Origin: Lytechinus pictus | Taxonomy: Eukaryota | Assembly: GCF_037042905.1 (NCBI RefSeq) | Contig: NC_087250.1 | Location: 15,130,001 to 15,194,000 of the forward strand | Direction of reading: 5' to 3' | DNA: 64,000 nucleotides | Shown here: positions 1 through 10,829 of the stretch, one piece after another | Layout: the number at the start of each line of letters is the position of its first letter | How positions within the stretch are numbered: position 1 is the stretch's first letter | The notes under the pieces: generated by a model | What the model was told of the DNA's origin: nothing | Seen by the model: only the letters and a program-made list of their open reading frames with translations | The model's database searches: none | Made by a program: the position numbers and the translations under genes

Positions 1-592
1 GAGCGATAATGGAGAAAAATTGGGTGTGAGGGTATGTGAGCGTGTGTGTTAGATGAAATCTGATGACAAATCCTTGTGGATGAGGATGTTTGATTTTGTG
101 TGTTAGACGAAATGTAATGGCGTATGGGGAGGGTGTGTGTGTTACATGAAATGCAAGGACGAATGTGTATTGAGAACGTGTGGAGATGTTTGTGTGGGTG
201 GGTGCAGGTGTGTGTGTTGTAGACTGGAAGACCGTACATCTGGCAGATCTTACTCAAAGATTAGTTTCATTACACTGAAGCCCGTTGCTGCTGCAAAGAT
301 AAAACTTTGTGAGGCATATATATATACAAACAATCCCTGCCTTCTGCAGACGTAATATTCATGTCCACAGGGTAATATACTTTTTAATGGTTACTTTTTA
401 CTGCCGTTGGTCTGATCAAACACTTTTACAGGGGCAAGCAAAATATATAATGTTGCGATATACGATTTGAATTCACTCGACTAGCCTCGTGTGGCCGCAC
501 GTGAGAATCAGAACATTACAGATATATATATTCCGACAAACTCATCTTCAGTATTTGCAAGTTGGAAGTGTGTGGAAAAAGTTGGGGGAAAG

Positions 593-1254
593 TGTTAGTG
601 TCGTGTTCGGGACCGGTAATATATATCTATATAGGTGAAGCTTAAATGAACTCTGAAGAGAGTATTGCAGTTCAAAATCACAGGGTATTCAATAATCAAT
701 AATCAGCTACAGTTTACAATTTAAAGTACATGAAGATCTCAATGAAGATTCAGATAAAACAGGAGACGATGAATATGAATAATTTCGAAGTATAGGATAA
801 AGATTCTGAAGTTAAATTAATATTGGACGGACGTCTAAGTCTTGAAGTCAGTCAGTTTATATGGATGAGTGTGGGTCTAATATTCTCTCTCTCTCTAAAA
901 ATCAAGTCTTATATATATCATTAGTTTTGGGGGTGTAACAATTTAAGATGGGAGGAATCTCTAAACTTGATCTCATTGGTCTACAGGTAACTGTATATCA
1001 AACTTTTTCTGTTACTATGGGTGTGGTGATGCTCCGTGCAAGTGACTGGGGCTGGAAGTGTGAGTCATACTTCTTAGAACTTTTGTTCCTTGAAGTTAGC
1101 TGACGTCACTGAGGTTGGTCTTTTATGGTCAGGATTTAGGAGTTAAATGGTATAGGCGGTTTTGGAATTCTTAGATGACATTGGGGGAGTTTGTAAACAA
1201 GTAAAGGTGAATGACTAAAAGGATAACAGGAAGTTGAATACATACTACATAACA
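593..1254. mobile_element. LTR-like segment (TGTTA...TAACA) preceded by a purine-rich tract
   Basis: Short terminal inverted repeats, gaaaaagttgggggaaag immediately before TG, and a left end resembling the reverse complement of the 3' end of the 2083-2677 LTR. No TSD found. Confidence 0.4.
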
Positions 1255-1268
1255 TTAGTAAAGAAATC

Positions 1269-2828
1269 TAAGGCTTTTCACACAGTTATTAGAACTGTGA
1301 TCATTATTCGTCGGCGGTCATCCGAACCGTCGTATGCACATCGCGACGGTGCAAACCCCATTTCAGAGAAAATCGACTTCAAAGTTTATTTTAATTTTCA
1401 CAGTTAGTTCTTCAGCCTTACACCATATTCATTACTAAAAAAAATACATGGTTGGAAAGACCAAGACAGTTCCTTGACAATGGTATCCTTATTTTTACAC
1501 AAAACCAAGGATCAGAGAAAATATCGCAAAAGAGCTTCATGCTTGTTATTTCAGTTGAGCGGATTAGATTTCCCCTGTACAAAAAACGCCATAGGGAATA
1601 CAACAACCCTGACCGCGATTTCAAGGCGCGCGGTCAGTCAAAACGTCGTATCGCTTTTCACGTGCAAAGTCAATGCAGTGCAGATGACCGATACGACAGT
1701 TTGGCTGACCGCGCGAATTGAAATCGCGGTCAGTAAACACGTTGTATCCCTCTGCTACAGTGCACGTTTCCAATGGGATTTGCGCATTTTATTCAAAATT
1801 TGTATGGCATCGCCGTGAAAATCCCCTCATATCTCAGAAACTAAAATAAATTGCTGCCTAGAAATTCAGTTATGAATAACATAGGACTTGTGCATTCATT
1901 TTCTGCAAAAAACTCAAAATCTATTTTTTTTTAAACAAAAACTGACGGATGGACGCCGACGAATTTTTAGTCTAAGTTCAGATCGCATTATGGCTTTGAT
2001 GGATGTCCTGTCATGTGCTCGAGATACAAGATTTTCCGTTCAAATAAAACAGGAAATATTCCCGGTTATCATGATTATCTATTGTTATGTGATGATAAGA
2101 CATATCTCACATATTCAATATTATATCACTACATAATCAATTCTTCTACAGGAAGTATACCAACTCCAACTCCATGTATTACTCATTCTTCTTCCAGCTA
2201 AACTTCTGACGCCCACACATTTTATGGGTTTCTTATTCACTACATTTCATTTTCTCCCTAAAAGGTCAACTCCCCCAATTCAGAGTAAAGTTATGACGTA
2301 CAGATTGTTTTGGTCAAGCGTCCAAGGTTGACCAACACCTTTTTGGTTATAAAGAGTCTTGAACAGACCAATATAAAAGGGGTCCACTTCTGAACCCAAA
2401 TCGGATTGATTTAGAGATTGTTTCAGCATACAGATACATTAGAGATTGGAGTTTAGAGCTACAGAAAAGTATATATACTACATCAGTTTGCAGCATATAT
2501 ATTATCTTCATCTGCAGAGTATAGTCACCATCAGACTTACTCATGTATTTGTCATTATCATCAAGTAATCATCTTTAATTGATAAATGTATATATAAACT
2601 GTACATCCTGCATCGACTCATCTCATTTCAAGTCTGGTTAAAAATAAAAGAGCATTAGATCCAACGACAACACAACATTATTTCCAAAACCACCCAGTTT
2701 CCAGTTTTCCTTTGAAACTAGTACAAAATATCACCATTAAAGTCTAGAGAGCACCTGTATTTTCTTCATGTACTTCTTACGTAATAGCAAGCTGCATGAA
2801 CTAAAATTTGGGGCAGTTGAAGCCTTAA
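1269..2828. mobile_element. TTAA-type non-autonomous DNA transposon (Kolobok-like termini) interrupted by a solo LTR
   Basis: Inverted ends taaggctt...aagccttaa. Confidence 0.4.
2083..2677 (+). mobile_element. Solo LTR
   Basis: TGTTATGTG...CACAACA ends, TATAAAAGG near 2372, AATAAA near 2643, near-TSD ctat/ttat. Homologous along its length to 19762-20205. Confidence 0.6.
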
Positions 2829-2853
2829 AAGTTAAAACCCATACCTATTTTTA

Positions 2854-3301
2854 CTCTATCTAGACCAGGGGATTTTGAGATATCATATGACCGGGGGGGG
2901 GGGGGTGGATCGCAGCCCCCATCCCATTTCTTTACGTATTATATTTTTTTTGCAATTTTAAAAACTATTTATTTGTTTTTTGTTTCTGGACCTTTTGTTT
3001 TATTTTATATTTCTGTCAATGAACTTTGTCGGGGATTCTTTTCAGATCATAAACGGCATAAAATAAATCCATTTAGAGCAGCAAAACTAAAATTAAATAA
3101 ACATTTATGATTTTTGGTCTGATGTGCACTTACATAATATTGCGTAATTTCTGAACCGTGTTTACCCGGGCGTCGCAAATTTGGTCTCGAAAGATGCGCA
3201 AGACTTGAAAGTAAAATGTCAGCAAGCGGCGCTGTCAAAAAATTTCGCAAGGCAAAAATATTGCGCAAATCTTGAAGTCCCTCCCCCCGGCCTAGATAGG
3301 G
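2854..3301. mobile_element. piggyBac-like MITE
   Basis: TIR ctctatctagaccagggg / ccccggcctagataggg followed by TTAA. Confidence 0.5.
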
Positions 3302-4019
3302 TTAAGGGTAATTTTGGCAGAAAACGGTAGGGGAAGGCGGAGTAAGTTGAGCCACCACCCCAGGCCAATAATGAATGAGTCAGAAATTGTGGTGGTGTCA
3401 TGTATTGATGATCCATTACATAACCCTTAACCCCAACTCATTGTTTTCAAACAAAAAATACTTTTTTAGAGGGAAGGAAAATTTTAGCCAAAAAAGTAAA
3501 AAAGGGTGTGAAATAGATCAGTGCTTTTTACCCACACACGTCTTTAAATAAAATAAAGACTTAATAACAATATTGTTAGTCCAGGTATATGGATTATCAT
3601 TCTTGTCATAGTCTTTTACATGATGGATGCATAAGAAGTATGTGGATGTGAAAATATCGCATTAAGTTCAGACTGGGGTAATTGAGCCAGCCAACATGGG
3701 GCAAGTTGAGCCATGGTAGTTCTTATGGTAATGATAATGATAAAACAAACCTTAAAATGCTATTGGTATGCAGGCATAAATTAAAGGAGCAAATTCACAT
3801 GACAGTTCTTTTACTTTTAGAGGATGTTAGTATTTATAGAGAATTAGCAAGTGAAAAGACTTTAAATAAAAGAATGACATGCTGGTTCTTCCCGCATACA
3901 TTTAGTACATAGTTTTTGTGGCTTAACTTATCCAAGAAGGTGGCACAATTTACCCCACAGATGGGGCAAGTTGAGCCATTTTACATCGTGTTTTTTAAAG
4001 GTGACAATGTCTTTCAGTG

Positions 4020-6603
4020 GTGCCAGGTAAAAATGGCAGAGGTAAAAATGGCAGAAGTAAAAATGGCATAGGTAATAATGGCAGAGGTAAAAATGGCAGA
4101 AGTAAAAATGGCAGAGGTAAAAATGGCAGAGGTAAAAATGAAAGAGGTAAAAATGGCAGAGGTAAAAAGAGCAGAGGCATAAATGACAAGAGGTAAAAAT
4201 GGAAGATGTGATAATGGCAGAGGTAAAAGTGGCCGAGGTACACTATAAGAAAAACCAGTAGATTCTACAGAAGAAAAATAAAAAAGCAGGTTTTACAGAA
4301 TTTTGTTGTTGTTGTAAATTATAATAACAGGAGGATTTTCCACAATTTTTTTTTACAATTTTACTGAACAGATATGTCTTAAAAAAGGGGGAAACAGTTT
4401 TATTACAATAAATTTGAAAGGGTACACACACAAAATACAAATCTTCTGTAATTTTATACAAATGCATGTAAGATTACACAGTGCAGTAAGATTACAGGTG
4501 TTCTCCAGACTCCGTTGCAGGAATTTTTTTATTTTTAAGTATAAATTTTCTAACGGTGTAAAAAATGGCGGAGTTGAAAATGGCAAAGGTAAAGATGGCA
4601 GAGGCAAAAATGAAAGAGATTTGGGGTGCTGGTTTGTTAAAGAGCCGAGAAAAAATGTTTTCACTCCAAAATGAAACGGGATTTGGTTAAGGGGGAAAAT
4701 GACACAAAATTATTTCAACTAAATGAAGTTCTTTTAGGTCAAAAAAAAAGAATTACAACAAAACTAATAACAATTAGATAATAAACAATGTTTTTTTCTT
4801 CTGTTTGAGAAATAACAGAGATTTGAATCAAATCTCTACATTTTAGCATACCAAGCTAATTACCAAGAGGGTGCTGCTTATGGTGTACAAAATACCCAAC
4901 AGCACTTCCGCTTCCAAGGGTTATGACCATCAAGGCGTTTATATCATATTGGATGCAGTGGTAAAGGTTCAGGGTCTTCTTTTATGCAAAGAATCTGAAC
5001 CAGACGGTCCCCCTAGATCGACCCAAAATTTATTTACCAGCTAGTCAAAACGATTTTTATTGATTTTCATAATCAGTTACATATTCAGTGCCAAGCCTGG
5101 GAACACATGCTTATTGTCATTCAAATATTTAAAAAGAATAGCACAGACGACATTACAAAATAAGGACATAATATTTAATCACAATCATTCGTGACAATTT
5201 CAACGTCTAGGCTTTCCTCGCTATGTTCTCTATGTTTTTCCCCGCCCCTAACCCTCTCTGTCTCTCCACCTCTCTTATGTCTACTCTTCCTCCTTTTTGC
5301 ATCGGTAAACCTGGCAAAAGTTTAGATATAAAAAAAAAACTGCCAGACAAAAAGGAATGTTATAAACTGATGAATGAGAATAGTGCAGTTTCATTTTGCT
5401 CCTGACAAATTGAATGAAAACATATCTGTCGTTTGATTTCTTTTTAAAAAGCCTTCACGGTACACCTCCAACGAATTCGTAAATAGCATTGTTAGCCCGA
5501 TGAAGACAAAGATATGATGAAATGCCTAACCGTGACATGCACTTCTAATTTAATCTATATACATTCGGGGGCTTTTTGACAATTCATTGCATGGGGGTTA
5601 AGGCTGGCCATATTGTACCTAGAGCTGTCATTTTTACCTCTCCCATAATTTTTTTTTCTTTTCCTCGTTCAGAGGTACTTTATTCTTCATATTCCTTTCT
5701 CATTTTAACAATTTCTTTCGAGGCACAGTGCGTGTAGAGTTACAAAACAAGTTACATATAAACATGTAATAGACATCAACTATTTAATCTAAAATGTAAT
5801 AAAGATGAAATTTCTCTATAGGGTTAAAGCTCTTTGAACATTTGAATTAAATGAACATTGGATTTAAATCGCCATTTTACATAAAAAAGTATCTCTTTCT
5901 TGAACTCATACCAAATTGAATATATATTAAAAGCTCTTCCTTGCATCTTATACATGACATAGGATTTGTATATTGCATACTGTGCAAATATCATAAACAA
6001 ATTAACCAACGTAAATTTGCGATCGTGAATTTTGTATCCAATGAACAACGTTGTTTCGTTAATAGGAATTTGTGTACTTGGATGTACTTGTTTAAATTTT
6101 GAACAGCAAAGATAGGACCGATGCCCTTGTGTGTCCGTTTCAATTGTTCGAAAAAAGATATGTTAATTTGTATGTATGAAAAAGCAAATTCCATCCTTTT
6201 ATACAGATCTATTATGCTCTTGGTATGACATATGATTTACTGAATATCACAATATTAATAGTATAAAACACGAAATTTTATGGTATAACAGTCATATAAA
6301 ATTTGAAAGAAACCTTTTATATTTCAACAGATGGTCCGACCACAATATCTTTTATGTTCACCAATTATTGCGTAATCATGCCTGGAAACCTTCCGAAGAA
6401 ATTTTTGAAATAGTACCTCTCCCATTATAACCCCTGCCATTTTACCTCTGCCATTATTACCTCTGCCATTTTTACATCTGCCATTATTACCTCTGCCATT
6501 TTTACCTCTGCCATTATTACCTCTGCCATTTTTACCTCTGCCATTTTTACCTCTGCCATTATTACCTCTGCCATTTTTACCTCTGCCATTTTTAAACCGA
6601 GCC
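4020..6603. mobile_element. Foldback (Mutator-like/TU-like) element with inverted 15-bp tandem arrays
   Basis: (GGCAGAGGTAAAAAT)n at about 4025-4240 and the inverse at about 6434-6593. Perfect 9-bp TSD CTTTCAGTG at 4011-4019 and 6604-6612. No transposase ORF. Confidence 0.85.
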
Positions 6604-6630
6604 CTTTCAGTGTGGGGGTAGAAAGTTGTA

Positions 6631-7450
6631 CAGTGCGTCCCACAAAAAACGAAACCGAGATTAAGCGATGATTTATCTTAACCTTATCACAAATACAATA
6701 GACAAATGACCTACCATTGTAAAGCTTAGAATCTCCTCTTTCATCTGATATTACTTGGATTATTCCTCATTCACGCATGAGTGAGCAAAAACAATTTGAA
6801 GAAAGGATACCAAAAACTCATTTGGCGGGGGGTATCTGAATTTCAAAAAGAAAATCACATGCCTAAAAAGTTCAATATCTGCTCTTTTATTTGATACCTT
6901 AATCACAAAAAATGGTCAAGAAGTAAAAAAGTTATGTGTCCTCGAAACAATGCTTGTATTTCCATAATTTCATAAAATAAACGTGTTTTTACCGGTTTCC
7001 AAAAGAAGCTATCGGATGGTTAACAAAAGAGTTAATGCATGGCTGATCGTCAACAAAACGGAGTGTCCAGTGAGTTTGAACGCTAGCCTGTAAAACCTCT
7101 TCATTTTATGAAATTATTGAAATTCAAGCCTTATTTCAAATAACCAGAACTTTGTTATTTCTTGACCATTTTCTGTAATTGAGGTATCAACTTAAAGAGC
7201 AGATATTGAACTTTTTAAAAATGTGGTTTTCTTTTTGAAACCCAGATACAGCCCGCCAAATGACTTTTTGGTATCCCCTCTTCAAATTGTTTTTGCTCAC
7301 TCATGCGTGAATGAGAAATAATCTAAGTAATTTCAGATGAAAGAGGAGATTCTAAGCTTTACAATGGTAGGTCATTTGTCTATTGTATTTGTGATTAAGT
7401 TATGATAAATCATCGATAAATTTCGGTTTCGTTTTTTGTGGGACGCACTG
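6631..7450. mobile_element. Tc1/mariner-type MITE with long TIRs
   Basis: TA|cagtgcgtcccacaaaaaacgaaaccga...tcggtttcgttttttgtgggacgcactg|TA; TIRs of about 290 bp. Confidence 0.9.
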
Positions 7451-8087
7451 TATATAGGTGAAAAATATTTCCCAAGAATTAAATTTAAAGGCAAGGTACT
7501 TATTTCTACAAGATAATTAGTCATACCAATTCTAACATGCAAAATGCAAAGTGTCACAACTTACGCAGCCTTACCCTACTCATAATTAAGGATTTTCTCC
7601 CCAAAGAGACCCACATTTAACATGTAGCGAAAAACTGGGTTTTTACTCAAGATCGAAAGGGGGGGGGGTATGTTTAAGAATTTGCCATCACAAAACCATA
7701 CCCAATGTTCAAACATTTTCACTAAAAGTGGCTTATCAGGGCGGCACATCGACGCATCTATGCCAGCCCCCCCCCCCCCACTGGGTCGAGACTCGTTTAA
7801 AAAAGACTATTACTTGGGAGTGACAATCTTTATATATTTTTCAAAGATTCTTACATATTCTTTCACTTCTATTACTGGTGATAAAAGTGAACGAAACTAA
7901 AACAACAAACATGTACTTCTTTAGAAGTTGGTTAGATCGGCTATTTCAAGTTATCAACACCCAATACTTTCTTCGCAGAATGTTCCAAGAACACTGAAAG
8001 TTTTGAAAATGTATCATCTTGAAGATATCACATATTAAGAAATTAAAACACTTTAAAATAAAGCGCAAGTTCATTTATACAAATACG

Positions 8088-8093
8088 TTTATT
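8088..8093 (-). promoter_or_regulatory. Candidate polyadenylation signal AATAAA for the NWD-like gene (about 1.9-kb 3'UTR); another candidate at 9938-9943
   Basis: tttatt on the plus strand at the end of a largely repeat-free AT-rich stretch downstream of the stop codon. Confidence 0.35.
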
Positions 8094-9988
8094 TCAGTTA
8101 TGGCAATTGAATGACGAATAAAAGGAATAATTGAGTATATAAATAACATTCATCTACAATATGGCAACAAGAAATACCAAGGCCTTGTCCATGGAGGATT
8201 ATTCTATTGTTACTGGGGGGGTGCTGAGCATTGTCACAGCACCCCTAGTAACAATATACATGTATAATCCTTTGTGGCCAGAGCCATGAGAAATACCCCA
8301 CAGGATAGTGGTGAACATTAGTATTGATTAGTATGCTCTTATTCGAGAGCAAAATATAAAGCTTATCAACATGAAGAGTAAAGAATTGAGAGGTGTGCAT
8401 TGTATAGGCCAACTTATCACAAAGACACACAATTTTAAATTCATTTTGAGAAAAGATTAGCAAAATGGCGGATCCAGAATTTAATTAATTTCATTCAATG
8501 AGGGACAAGTCCCCTTATTCACTGTATCCTCCACAGAGCAAAAAAGCAAATGAGGCAAACAATAACATTTAGGAAAATTCCTTTGACTGTGTGTGCAATA
8601 CATAGCAGTTTTTGGTAGGAACATTTCTGTTTGTATTATATATCTGTAAATAGGAACAATATGGATTTAAATTTTCACAGCAGAATTCATAAACATTAAA
8701 AAGAAAATAAATCTAAATGTGAGGAGTATGGAATTTTGTTGGCAAATACATTTGTCAAGGGTCTACTTTTGGAATATATGTTAATAAATAGGAGCACAAA
8801 ACAATGAATATGAAAACTATGGCACAAAAAACAACTGCACTAACTGCTATGCATTAAGGTAAATCTGAAATCAGAATATTATTCATGGATATGTTGTAAA
8901 TCATATGAATATGTTCATTGTTTAATCAATGACTTATATTTTATAATGCACTATATTTTCATGAAAATCATATGATATAGAGTCTAAAAAATGTAAATTT
9001 CTGTAAGAAAATATAATAGAATGAAATAAAACAATGGCATAAACAATCTAAATTAAGAGAACATGAAATATAAAATAACATAATATGACTTTGACTAATA
9101 GCAAAGTCAACATTTTGTGCAATATGTGCCTGATTAGACACATGCAAAAAAAGCCAAATGGTACATCAAAGTCCGGCTACAAGAAATATAACCAAACTTT
9201 GGAAACTGTGATTGTCATGAGTTATTCAATTCAGCTTCCATAACTGGCCAATAACTGATATTTGGCAAGAAAAATACCAAAATCTTAAGGAAAATATGGA
9301 TTCTTCACCATACATGTAAAGTTATCATAGAAATATTGGTATGGGTATCTTTAAAACTATAATAAACTAAAAGATGCTTATATGATGAAAAGGTCATATT
9401 AAATATCGAGTCTTTCTTAATGTCCAGTAAAGAGGAGTCGAGTAAAGTCTAATAGGCTTATAAGACATGTGAATCCAACTTCACAGCTAAAGAAGCCCTT
9501 CCTCTGACAGTAGAACTTGAATACTACTGACCCTATTTGAAGAAAACCAGAATAGTTCAAAATTCAAAGTTCAATCTTTTCTAAGTTTAAATTGATTTCA
9601 AAATTAGAAGTCAAAGGTTCACAGCTACATTCATTTTAAGAAGTCCAGTTTGGTATGACATGTGTTGAAGATTATAATCCTCCTCAATAATGATACTATA
9701 TTACTGAACCATGATTCCTTAATTGCAGCAACACTGCAGAATATATTTTAAATATATCACAAACCATTTGCCCAACCTTCTTTCACTCTGCGAAAGTATC
9801 AATGCGGCTTTTCCAGAAACTCTTTATTACAGTACTGTTGAGATAACAGCTCTGGTATTTGAAAATAATTCTCATTCATTTTCCCCCTCTTCCACTTCTC
9901 CCTTTAGTTTTAAGGAGTAGCAATGATTCACCAAAGATTTATTGATCATCCTTCTACCCATGCTTCTCTGCTCTTGAGGAAGTGACAG

Positions 9989-10829
9989 TTAATAATCTTC
10001 CTCCTCTTCCTCTTCTTCCTCATCTTCTGGGGAAGTATCTCCAGTGGTCTCGCCAAAGAGTTCCTTCCCTCGTGCATCACCTGTCAAAAAGTCTGGTGGC
10101 TTGATGTCCCGGCCCTTCAGTCTCAGGGTGACAACATCTGATGAGTCCTGGAGACCTAGAAGAATCATCTGTCCAGACATCACCACCTCTACGCAGGATA
10201 TCCTCAAGTCTGGGGTAAACATGGCAAGCTGCGTAGCGTGGTCAAGGTCCCACAGGGTGATGTCACTGGCAACGATGACAGCACGTGCCCCATCATCAAG
10301 CATGAAGATCTTGCTGCTAGTTGTGAACTGCAGAGACTGTGTCGATGTCCGCAGCCTGCGCAAGGTGCTCCTGCCTCTTTGTATGTCCCACACCTTCAAC
10401 TGATGCCGCTCATTCCCGAACAGCACCCGTGTCGCGTTGTTGTTCATCCCAATGCAGCATACGTTCGGCTCTCGCTTCAACCGCTTTCGGACTTCACCTT
10501 TGTGGAGATTCCACACCGTAACGTAACTGACCTTATCGTTATCGTCATAGTTGACGTGTGCGAGGTACTTCCCTTCGGGAGAGAGAGCAGCAACATAGAG
10601 ATACAGCATGGAGCTTTCGTTCTCAACAGTCTGCAAATGTTGCTGGGTTTCTACATTAAAGACACAGAGATGATGACCAAAATAGGAGCATACCAAGACC
10701 TTTTCATCCTTGCTCATTAAGTACTGCTGAATAGCATTCTCTTTCTCCTTTCTCAGATCGTCCAGTCTCTTCCTTTCCTTCTCGAGCTCCATATCTTTCC
10801 TCTTCTGTCTCTCCTCCTGACTCTCTGAC
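9989..10829 (-). CDS. NWD-like last coding exon: charged helix, WD40 repeats, acidic tail, TAA
   Basis: ORF 9989..10849 with a tttag acceptor at 10830-10831; VWN, VWD and LWD repeats. Confidence 0.95.

Larger units (their letters stand above)
3325..7581. mobile_element. Outer MITE (pogo/Tc1-like) split by two nested insertions
   Basis: TIR gtaggggaaggcggagtaagttg / caacttacgcagccttaccctac; internal ggggcaagttgagcca repeats. Confidence 0.6.

Noticed and set aside
4025..4240. Regular short repeats as a possible CRISPR array
   Set aside because: Head-to-tail repeats without unique spacers, no cas genes, eukaryotic context.
3995..6643. ORFs with (LPLPF)n and (MAEVK)n repeats
   Set aside because: These are translations of the 15-bp terminal arrays of the foldback element, with no splice or gene context.
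10044..10720. Plus-strand ORFs overlapping the last exon (also 15288-15533, 18651-18920, 41014-41415)
   Set aside because: Antisense shadows of coding exons with no independent motifs.
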